Below, one piece after another: positions 26,400 to 36,747 of a DNA stretch of 64,000 nt (the stretch's first letter is position 1; each line of letters begins with the position of its first letter). A model generated the notes under the pieces. That model did no database searches and had not been told where the DNA came from. It was given only the letters and a program-made list of their open reading frames with translations. The stretch comes from Octopus bimaculoides. Lineage: Eukaryota. The position numbers and the translations under genes were made by a program. The stretch spans positions 183,133,588-183,197,587 of the forward strand of contig NC_068982.1 of assembly GCF_001194135.2 (NCBI RefSeq), given 5' to 3'.

Positions 26400-27908
26400 A
26401 ATTAAGGCTACCATTGGTTTCATGTTAAGAAAAGAAGGAAAATATCCTAGTGTCTTAACTATTTTTCCAGCCGATCACATGGAGAAAGGTGTTTGCTTCC
26501 ATTTTGTAAAACAGTCTCATAAGTTTGCAGGAATAAAACAATGCATCAATGAATCAAGTGACGTTATGCTTGATTGGCATTTTTTCGATGTTCGTCTCCC
26601 ATGGAGTTGTCTTTTGAGCAAATTTCTATGTGGTCAATTTGTTTGTATCTGCATTATTTTGTTTTTGTTCTGGGCATGGTGTTCTTATACTCAAGTGCTA
26701 AGGTAGTTCGTCATAGGGATATATTTCTTCGGTGTATGGAGTTTGTGTGCTATGTGTGTTCATGTTTAGGAAAGGGGCTAATCCTGGTGGGGCTACCGTC
26801 ACAGATAGGGGCTCTTCTTTGAAATATCTGAGTGTAAAATATTCTCTCCCTGCGTATGCAGGGAGAGAAGGTTTCATCCCTACTGTTTAGGATGTTATCT
26901 GTTGATGGTATAAGGTTTAATTTTTCAGTAATACAGAGATCACATTTAATACCCCTGCCCTCTGTATTTTTTGACTTTAGCAATAATTTTCCATTCAATC
27001 TGGGGGTTGCTTATTCCACCTTCTTTCAATGTCCATGTCATATTTGACAATTATGTTGCATGTATTTTGTCTTTGTCTCTGAATGACACCAGATGTTGCA
27101 TATACTTTTCCTTGAACGAGTTGCTCGTCATTCCAATATATGTCTTTGCTATTCTGTTGGGGTCTGTGATCTGGCCTTGTATATGAGTTCTTTCTTGAAA
27201 CAGCTGCTGTTTAGAGGGCAGCAGTCCAGGGATCTACAGTTGCATTGTCTTTCGGAGGTGTTTCTGGTATATATATGTTTATTGTGATTGAGTATTATTG
27301 ACCCTATATTGGGGAGGTAACTATAACTAACTTTAACAGTATTTCTGTTGAGGACCTTGTGGTATTTGTGGGAATGTGGAAAGTGGCCATCTATTAGTTT
27401 TGAGAATTTTCTAACTATGTTAGTAGCTACATTCATGCTATAAGGTGGGTTGAACTATAAGATTTTCCGCTGTCTGAGTCGTCTTGGTCTATTTATATTT
27501 GGTTCAAAGTCGTATATGTTATTCTTGAAGTTGGACCTTTCTAATGCAGCACTATAATATGGAGTGGCTTTTTCAAAAGTGTTTTTGTTAGCAGATAAAT
27601 TGGAGATGCACCTGCTAATGTTATTAACCATTTGTTTAATTACTGCTGGTGGGTGGTTGGAACCTATGTCTATTTACCCAAAAGACAAATCCAAGAGAGA
27701 CAAACATCCAAAAGTTGCCACCCACGTGTAACGTCCCTTGATTCATTGTTTTATTCACGTGAATTTATGAGAACCCTTGTGAACTAAACAAGACTGTTTT
27801 CCAAAATGGAGGTGAACACCTTTCTCCATTTGATTGGCTTGAAAAATTGTTTAGACATTGGGATATTTTCCTATTTTTCTTAACATGTAACCAATGATAG
27901 CCTTAATT
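26400..27908 (-). mobile_element. Penelope-like retroelement fragment (RT C-terminus plus GIY-YIG endonuclease) bracketed by inverted ~170-bp repeats
   Basis: Minus strand reads FNPPYSMNVATNIVRKFSKLIDGHFPHSHKYHKVLNRNTVKVSYSYLPNI...CNC...CPLN..C...LIYKA...TYIGMTSNSFKEKY..H...LSKYIWTLK, then CDLCITEK..ILNSRDE. 26400-26566 and 27729-27908 are reverse complements of each other. Confidence 0.85.
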
Positions 27909-28007
27909 CACACACATGCACACACACATATATGTATTTTTCACTCGTTGGTAATGTGCTGTACTTATTGTGTATGTTTTTGTGTGTGTTTTGTCCTGTA
28001 CTTATCT

Positions 28008-28857
28008 CTCATGTGTTTACATATTTTTCACTCATTGGTGATGTCCTGTAGACAATGTGTATTTTTTATTTTATTTATAAATAATCGAACGCCACACAGC
28101 CTTGACCACAGTAAGTTCTTACATCTATATATAATTTCTGCGACTACACATCATTTTCTTTCTTTCTCTCTATCCCACTATAACCTTCTTTGCTTCCCCT
28201 ATCTGTCCTTCTTCCACTCCCTACTACTTGTTGTTCCTTCTCCCTTCTCCTCACTCTTTTTGTTTCTTTCCCTCATCCTCTTTCTTGTCTCCCTCCCCCT
28301 CTGCCTCACACATGACTACAGGCCATTTCTCTTGCCCCTGTCTTTTCTGGACAAGAAGCTCACCAGGTTGGATGTCATTTCCCTTGGCTCCCAACAATTT
28401 TCTTCTATTATTTTCTTCTTTTCTAATTATTCTTTTTCTTCTCTTCTAATTATTCTGTTTCCTTGAAAAAATTTCTCCAAGGCATTACTCATTACAATTC
28501 ATCTTAGCCCAACAGCCCTTAATGCTTGTCTTCATTGATTGTTTACTTTGAACGTCCACTCTGTCATTGTTTGTTCATTCGAAGCTCTAACACTCCATGA
28601 ATTTTATATTTTAAAAATTTCTGGATGCTGCTGTCTTATGAAGTTTCTCTATACTGTCATTAAAAGCATGAAATAGAAGTAATAAACAGTCTGACAACTG
28701 ATGAGGAGTTATCTTCTTTTGGTATTTTGTCCCCTACTTTGCTCTCATGTGTTTAAGTATTTTTCACTCACTGCTTATGTCCTGTACACAATGTGTGCTT
28801 TTTATTTTATTTATTTACAATCGAACACCATGCAGCCATGACCACAGTGAGTTCTTA
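28008..28857. repeat. Pair of ~114-bp direct repeats (28008-28121 and 28744-28857) next to the Penelope-like fragment
   Basis: ctcatgtgttta..tatttttcactca.tg...atgtcctgta.acaatgtgt..tttttattttatttat..a.aatcgaac.cca..cagcc.tgaccacagt.agttctta occurs in both copies. Confidence 0.75.
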
Positions 28858-29198
28858 TATATATACATGTATATGTATATTTTTATATATATATATATAT
28901 ATTTACACACACACACATATATATATATATAGATAGATCAACAGAGAGAAAGAGATATACATATATGTAAATATATATGTATTTACACATATCTGGATGC
29001 AGGCATATATAAATATATATATATATGTATGTGTGTGTGTGTGCATATATATATACCCACACACACACACAAACACACACATGTATATACCTATACAAAT
29101 ATACAATGTACTGAAACACACACATTTATGTGTGTGCATGTTTCTTTGTAAAATATAAATGTATGTAAAATTAGTATGCATATGCTATAAATAGATAA

Positions 29199-29239
<41 letters not shown>

Positions 29240-29725
29240 TATATATAATTAATAGAATGAATAAAATCGCTGCTAGAAGAATTACTCTCAAATCAATTAG
29301 ATCTCACTTCAATATCGTAACTGTAATATAAGCTCAAATCATACAAGTGTCGGTACATCAAAAGAAAAAGGAGTAAAAAAGCATATTAAACATCCGTGGC
29401 TGGTTCATCAGCCTTCTGTTACTTTTTACTGCAACAATTCTACAGCAATGTTCTAAACTTTTTTTTTTAGCGGGTTTTTTTTTTTTTTTTTTTTTTTTTC
29501 CTCTGTACCTATAGTTGTTGTTGTTGGTTTTCTGCCTCCCACTCTCGCCTATTGGTTTGTGCTGCTCCTTAAACCACACCCATTTATATCCCAATTTTTT
29601 TTTTCCCCAAAACAAACCAGCAAAAACAAAAAGGAAAAGAAAAACGAACTAAATATGGTAAATTGCAGGTGAGATAGATGTAAAGAAATAATGAAAATAG
29701 AGAGAGAAAAGAGCAGTGTACTTAC

Positions 29726-29829
29726 CACTTCTAGTGCATGTTCTGTGGTTATTTTGCCTTCTTTTACCATTACCATTAACGCTATTCGGTCATCATCATT
29801 CATTGTGATTTCATAGGCATTTGGGTCAC
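29726..29829 (-). CDS. SASH1: Internal coding exon (104 nt, phase 1 to 0) of a SASH1/SLy-family SAM-SH3 adaptor gene: GDPNAYEITMNDDDRIALMVMVKEGKITTEHALEV
   Basis: Minus strand reads ttgcag|GTGACCCA...GAAGTG|gtaagt, with canonical splice sites. The translation aligns without gaps to the human SASH1 N-terminal segment as I recall it ([27 protein letters not shown]). Assignment is family-level and from memory; no search was run. Confidence 0.88.
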
Positions 29830-31859
29830 CTGCAACATGTGGAAGTTAAAATTCAATTAAAGAATACAGGCACAGGTATGGCCATGTTGTTAAGAAGATT
29901 GCTTTGTAATCATAAGATTTTGGGGTTCAGTCCCACAGCACAGCACCTTGGGCAAGTGTCTTCTACAATAGCTCCAGGGCAACAAATGCTTTGCAAGTGA
30001 ATTTCATAGTTGGAAACTGCAGGGGCCCTACAAACATACATACATATATATATAGGAGAAGAAACTCCGTTTTTCCAACCGATCCACCTGCTAGTGTACA
30101 ACCTTACAAAAGATTGTACCTACTCAACTAATAACCAGGAGTAACTCTGGATTTAATATATATGCATATATATATGCATCACACAATGATGATGGGATGA
30201 AAGAAATGGTTGATGGGAGAAGCAAACAACGCCCGCCGATTGTTGCATTCTTCAAAACATTGTTCTTTTTATTTGAAACAAAACAAAAAAGTTCAAAGAA
30301 AGTTACAAAAAAGGAGGAAGAAGGAACGAAAACAGTTCAAAGAAAACCAGTTCAAGAACACAGCAGACACAAATATTCCGGCCACTACGTACTCCAGACC
30401 AACTGGTACTCCCAACAGTAACAGGAACACAGCTTCCACAAATTTCACCAATTATTGGTGAAAAAAAATTCCACTATTTTTGGAGGCGAGACACGCCCCC
30501 AAAACAACAATTCTCACAATTAAGTGAGACAGTGCAACTACAGGCAGACAAATGCCTCGGAACTCAGTAGGAATTTTTTGTTTGCAAAAAAAATTGAACA
30601 ACAAACAACAAACCCCCACTGAATCCCCCAAAAACAAACGTCTTACCTTATAGTTGCACCTTCAATGTTCTTCACTTCAAGACCACTGCGAAGGCACATC
30701 TTGACAGCATTCAGTACAAAAACAACACTGACTCACACATGCACAGTAAGCGAGCTACGTACTACACAGCCACACCTGCACCTATGTATGTATATAAAAT
30801 CGTATATGTATGTGTAGTATACACACATACGCCACAAAGCCGTAACCATTGAAATATCTAATTTATATTTTATTATTTCATTTCCTCTTTCATTTATTTT
30901 GGGTGGAAGGGGGTACCCTTCTTTCTGTTTGCAATGGGAGAGAAAGAGAGGGAGAGAAAGAGAGAGAGAGAGAGGGGGGAGAGAGAGAGAGAGAGAGNNN
31001 NNNNNNNNNNNNNNNNNNNNNNNNNNNNNNNNNNNNNNNGGGGAGAGAGAGAGAGAGAGAGAGAGCAACAACAGCAACTACAACAACAATGAATAAGCAT
31101 GTGAAACAAATAAGAACAAAATTGAAATATTCACAACATTCCTTGGATTGAAATATTATGAAAAGAGATTATGATGAAAGAGAGAGGGAAAGGGAGGGAC
31201 GGGCAAGGAGAGAGGAGGAGGAGAAATATAGAGGTATATAACGGAAGGTAGAGAGAAACAGAGGAGGAGAGAGAGGAGTTAGAGAGAGATGAGGAGAAAT
31301 ATAGAGAATAAGACAAAAGACAGATTTAGAAGTTGATTCAGCTGTGAATGTGGTGAGCTGACTAGCTGTGGTGGTGACGATGATGATGTTGGTGGTGATG
31401 GTGGTGGTGGTGGTGGTGGTAATGATGGCAGTGGTGGTGCTAGTGCTATAGTATGGTAGTGGTAAACGTGTTGGTGCCAGCGTAGTATGGCAGTGTAGGT
31501 AATATAGCGCTGGCAGAAGTATGATAGTGGTGGTTGTAATAGTATGGGTGCTAAATGTAATGTTGTAGTAGTAGTGATATTACAATGCAGAGGATAATAT
31601 TATTGTGATGATGGCAGTATGGCAGTGGTATTTGTAGTTGTGGTGGTGGTGGTGGCGGCATTAATGATTATAGTGGTGGAGGCGGATGGTGGGGGGGGAG
31701 AAATAAATTATTTAATGAGAAGTAAGCAGTAATGAAAGGAAGATGGAGAACAAGTGTAACAACCACACACACACACACACACACACACACAACACTCTAC
31801 TGTAAAATACAGCTTCTAACATTGATAGAACAGGCAGTATTGTAATCTTTTAAAAAACT

Positions 31860-32808
31860 TTTGTATCCGATATGGATTTTATGGAAGAGAGAGTAAAGAA
31901 TATTGTAGAATCATCACTGGAATCTGATGTGGCTTTTGAAATCAAGCCTCTTTTTCTTCTTTTTTTTCTTTTTTTTCATCCGATGTGGATTTTATAAAAG
32001 AGAACGTAAGAAGAAACTGTAGAAAAGTCAGTGGATTCTGACTTTGTTGGTGTGCTTTTGAAATCAGAACTTTTTTTTAGGATCCAATGTGAATGACATT
32101 GGAGAGAAAGTAAGGAATAGCTGTAGAAAGAATACTGGAATTTAATGTGGTGGATGTGCTTTTGAAATCTCTTTTCCTTTTTTTTTTTTTTTTTGGATCC
32201 AGTGTAGATTTTATTGAAAAGAAAGGAATTGGAGAGAGAAAGAGAGTGAAGTGGAATCTGACATCATAGATGTACTTTAGAAATCCTTTTTTTTTTTTGA
32301 TTCAATGTGTTTGAAGAGAGGGAGAGACAGAGAGAAAGAGAGAAAGAAAGAGAGAGAGAAAGAGAGAGAGACAGAGAGAAAGAGAGAGAGCAGTAGAGAC
32401 TGACATGTTGGTATGCTTTTGAAATCCAGTTTGTTTGGATNNNNNNNNNNNNNNNNNNNNNNNNNNNNNNNNNNNNNNNNNNNNNNNNNNNNNNNNNNNN
32501 NNNNNNNNNNNNNNNNNNNNNNNNNNNNNNNNNNNNNNNNNNNNNNNNNNNNNNNNNNNNNNNNNNNNNNNNNNNNNTTTTTTTTTTTTTTTTTTTTTTT
32601 TGGTCCAATGTGAATCTTATTGATGGGAAAGTAAGAGACACGTTAGTTATTCTTTTGAAATCTAGCAGGTATTACTAGAGAAAAACAACTAACGACTGAA
32701 GATATCAAAGTAGAATCTGGTAAAGCAAAGTATACTTTTGAAAATCAGTTGTTTTCTTTTAAGTGGTGGGGGGAAGAATTAAAGAAACGATAGGGAATGC
32801 AGTAGATT

Positions 32809-32840
<32 letters not shown>

Positions 32841-33803
32841 CAAACAGACAGACAGACAGACAGACTGAGTGAGTGCTGGAATCCAACATATAGGTGTGCT
32901 TTGGAAATCTAGCTTTTGTGGATCCAATATGGTCTTTATTGAAGAGATGTAAGGAATACTCTTGAGGGAGTACTAGGATCTAACATGCTAGTTATTCTTT
33001 TGAAATCTGATGGATTTTATTGGAGAAAAAGTGCAGAATATTGTAGATATCTAAGTGGAATCTGATATGGTAACTGAGCTTTCTAAAACAGTTTTTTTTT
33101 TTGTTTTTGTGTGTTTGTTGTGTCTTTTTTTTTCTTGGTGGTGGAAGATATCTAATGTAGATTTTATTGAAGAGACAGTTAGGAATATTATCAAGAGAAC
33201 ACAAGAATATGACATGTAGGTATGCTTTTGAAATCTAGCAGCTTTTTGGGATCCAATATGGATTTTATTGAAGGGAAATTAAGGCATACTTGAGTGAAAG
33301 CATTGGGATCAGACGTCGTAATTATTCTTTTGAAATCTAATGAATTTTAATGAAGAAAATGTGCAGAACACTGAAGATATCTAAGTGGAATCTGATATGG
33401 TAACCATGCTTTAAAATCAGTTGTTTTTTCCCCTTTTTCTTTTTTGTATTTTTGTTGGAGGGGTGGGGCACCCAATGTAGATTTTATTGAAGAGACAGCA
33501 GAAATAACACTGGAATCTGACATAGTAGCTATTATTATGAAATTTAACTTTATTTTATTTTATTTTTGTATCCAATGTGGATTTTGCTGAAGAAGAGGTA
33601 TGGAATTCTATAGATATCTAATTGGCTAACTGGGATTTGATATGGTAACTGTGCTTTTGAAAATCAGTTTTTATTTTTTGTTTTTTGTTTTTTAAGGGAA
33701 GCGTAGGGAAGAGATCCAATGTGTATTTTATTAAAGAGAAAGTAAAGAATACTGTAGAAAGATCACTGGAATTTGATATGGTAACTGTATTTTTCAAATT
33801 GAG
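31860..33803. repeat. Degenerate tandem array of at least 16 units (~85-95 bp core plus variable T-tract spacer)
   Basis: Consensus on + is approximately GGATCCAATGTGGATTTTATTGAAGAGA-AAGTAAGGAATACTGTAGA-ATCACTGGAATCTGATATGGTA-GTATGCTTTTGAAATC-(T)n. Units start near 31864, 31978, 32080, 32195, 32299, 32602, 32920, 33008, 33149, 33249, 33338, 33470, 33568 and 33713. Confidence 0.9.
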
Positions 33804-35766
33804 TTTGTTTCTTTGTTTTCGTTTTGTTGGGTTTTTTTTGTTTGTTTGTTTCTTCTTCAGCTGTCATTTAAACAAGTCAAGTGGAAAAAGGCATCAAACA
33901 TAAACATCTTTATATCTGCACGTGATTTTTATTGAGCGATATCTTCTTCTTGTTACTATTGTTGTTGTCGTTGTTGTGGTTCATGGTGGCAGGAATGTGT
34001 ATTTTAGCTGTTGTGATGGTGAGAGTGTGTGTTGTGGTCGTTATGGTGATGGTAATAGTATGTGTTGTTGTTGTTGTGGTGGTGGTAGTGGTGGTGTAGA
34101 TGATGAGGATGTATTGTGGTGGTAGTGGTGGTGTAGATGATGAGGATGTGTTGTGGTAGAGGTGGTGGTGGTGGTGGCATGTAACTTGTTGTTTTGTTGT
34201 TGTAGTTGTGCATAGCTGCCATTGTAGTTGTAACTGTTGTACATGTTGATGATATTGATGTAGTGGCGGTAGTAGTGGAGTAGTTTCTGTTGCTTTTCTG
34301 TATACTGTCGATGCTGCACTTGTTGCTGTTGGTGTTGTTGCTGTAGCTGCAGCTGTTGCTGCTGCTGTTGTAAATCACAACTGTGTACAACAACAACAAC
34401 AACAACCAAAACAACAATAACAACAACTACAACAATAAACAACAACAACAACCAAAACAACAGCAACAACAGTTACGATGTCTTCAATGGATTGGCATCA
34501 TTACACAAGAGAAGAATTTACAAAACAAGAAAATACATACAAATACAAAACAAAAATGAAATACAAAAGTAATTAATAAAAAGGGAAACATTGGAAACAC
34601 AGCTGCTACAACAACACTAGACAAGAAAATCCAACATTCTAAATCAGAGTCAATAGACTCCAGTTTGGAAGAGAGAATTCTTGTGAAGAGATTCCTCAAC
34701 TTCACAGAGCGAAGGATTCCATTGATTGTATTTTAGTGAGGTTTAGATGGGGAGATGTTTAGAAACAGTGACGCTAACACATATGAGGTACCGTTGATGC
34801 TGACTGCTTTACATTGAGAAAGGATTTAATGCTGCAGGGTGGGGGACATATTATGGGGTTTTAATGTTATTTGTTAGTTTGCACCCCTAACTGCCTCCTA
34901 AAAAGACAAAAAAAAAAAAAGAACCCTTTTTTGTTTTTATTTATTTTCCATTTTGTTTTGCGAAAATCAAGAAAAATAAACACTGAATAAAATAAGATAA
35001 AATAAAATAAAGTAAAACTAAATGTGAAATTCAAAAGTAAAATTTAAAAAATAAAAAAAAAGAGAGAGAGAGAGAAAAGGCCTTCCTAAATACATGAAGC
35101 ATTTTATGGTGAGTGAGTGTGATTTGAAATCACAAACCAAGATTGATAGCTTCACAAGAACTGAAAGACTCTATTTGTCACAGAGATCAACTCTTAATCT
35201 CTAATGGAAGTAGGATGGATTAAAAGATGCTATTTGCTGAATAATTTTTAAACTGACTGAAATTCCAAATTCTAGATTCCTTTTCTGTAGAAATCATTGC
35301 TTTGCCTTCTCCTCCCCCCTCTCTCCCTCTCTCTTTCTGAGTCAACCCTAAATGAAATTAGAATTTGTAATTTCTGATGAATTATTGCCTGGCATTTAGT
35401 GTGAGAGAATGAAGTATTCTACGTAACTTTATTCACTTAAACCCTTCACCTCTCACCCTTATCTAGCTGCAATCGCTTCACACACATTTTTGAATGTGAC
35501 TAATATAACTCTGAAGTGGAAACACTGACACACAAATATAGTTCTCTGTTATAATTGCCATTGTGGATTAATGTTGCTTTTATTTTTCAATTTACCAATT
35601 AAAAATAATAAGGAAAAAACTGTTAACCTTTTGTAAAAATCTTTTAGGCTTTGAAAGAGTGAATGAAATTTATTAATTATAAATATCTGTTTTATCAAAC
35701 ACATGCTCACGCACACACACAAACACACACATGTGTTATCATACATATATACATATATATATATAT

Positions 35767-36148
35767 GGAGGCGCAATGGCCCAGTGGTTAGGGCAGCGGA
35801 CTCGCGGTCATAGGATTACGGTTTCGATTCCCAGACCGGACGTTGTGAGTGTTTATTGAGTGAGAACACCTAGAGCTCCACGAGGCTCCGGCAGGGGATG
35901 GTGGCGAACCCTGCTGTACTCTTCCACGACAACTTTCTCTCACTCTTTCTTCCTGTTTCTGTTGTGGCTGTAACTCAAAGGGTCAGAATTGTCACACTGT
36001 GTCACGCTGAATATCCCTGAGAACTATGTTAAGGGTACACGTGTCTGTGGAGTGCTCAGCCACTTGCACGTTAATTTCACGAGCAGGCTGTTCTGTTGAT
36101 CGGATCAACTGGAACCCTCGACGTCGTAAGAGACGGAGTGCCAACAAC
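35767..36148 (+). mobile_element. Full-length tRNA-derived SINE (~380 bp)
   Basis: Head GGAGGCGCAATGGCCCAGTGGTTAGGGCAGCGGACTCGCGG...GGTTTCGATTCCC has Pol III A box (TGGCCCAGTGG) and B box (GTTTCGATTCC). CpG-rich body and (caa)n tail, set in (TA)n. Confidence 0.85.
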
Positions 36149-36464
36149 ATATATATATATATATATATCTACATACCTACATATATATCTTTTACTTGTT
36201 CCAGTCATTACACTGGCTATGTTGAAGCCATTGCCTTGAGGAATTTTAGATGAAAGAATGAACCCCAGAACATTTTAGTTTTATTTGTTTGTTTGCTTTT
36301 TTGTTTCTTTTTAGCCTGGTACTTATCCTATCAGGCTCTTTTGTCAGGCGACGAAGTTAGAGGAACATAAACACACCAACACCAATTGTCAAGCAGTGAT
36401 GGGGGAACAAACACAGACATAAAGACATACACACAATATATGGGTGTGTGTGTGTGTGTGTGTG

Positions 36465-36499
<35 letters not shown>

Positions 36500-36521
36500 G
36501 TGTGTGTGTCGTGTGTGTATA

Positions 36522-36683
36522 GGTGCATATGTAGCTGTGCGGTAAGAAGCTTGCTTCCCAACCACATGATTCTGGGTTCAGACCCACTGTGTGAGACCTA
36601 GTGCAAGTGTCTTCTACTATAGCCTCGGGCCAACCAAACCCTTGTGAGTGGATTTGGTAGATGGAAACTGAAAGAAGCCTGTC
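36522..36683 (+). mobile_element. tRNA-like SINE family; copies at ~18140-18295 (-), ~29870-30030 (+), ~51530-51670 (-), ~57040-57190 (+)
   Basis: Shared block gtggtaagaagcttgcttcccaaccacatg...ggttcagtcccactg...ggcaagtgtcttctactatagc...gtgagtggatttggtaga.ggaaactgaaagaagcc. Confidence 0.75.
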
Positions 36684-36714
36684 ATATATATATATATATA
36701 TATAAAATAAATAA

Positions 36715-36747
<33 letters not shown>

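Noticed and set aside
31860-33803. Array as a CRISPR locus or as a coding repeat (DFKS...SSIKSTLDPKKK)
   Set aside because: The context is eukaryotic, the repeats are long and degenerate, the spacers are T-tracts rather than unique sequence, and there are no cas genes. Variable A-tracts break the reading frame and stops are frequent.
34041-34469. Poly-Q ORF as an independent gene
   Set aside because: It has no real ATG start or donor, and it is out of phase with the 41736 donor when using the only good acceptor. The openness is explained by CAN-rich repeats.
34647-34660. ESIDS peptide encoded on both strands, suggesting overlapping genes
   Set aside because: Explained by a short palindrome GAGTC-AATA-GACTC. 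Neither frame has splice support.
35767-35840. A functional tRNA gene
   Set aside because: It has A and B boxes, but there is no complete acceptor stem and the sequence continues into a SINE body and tail.
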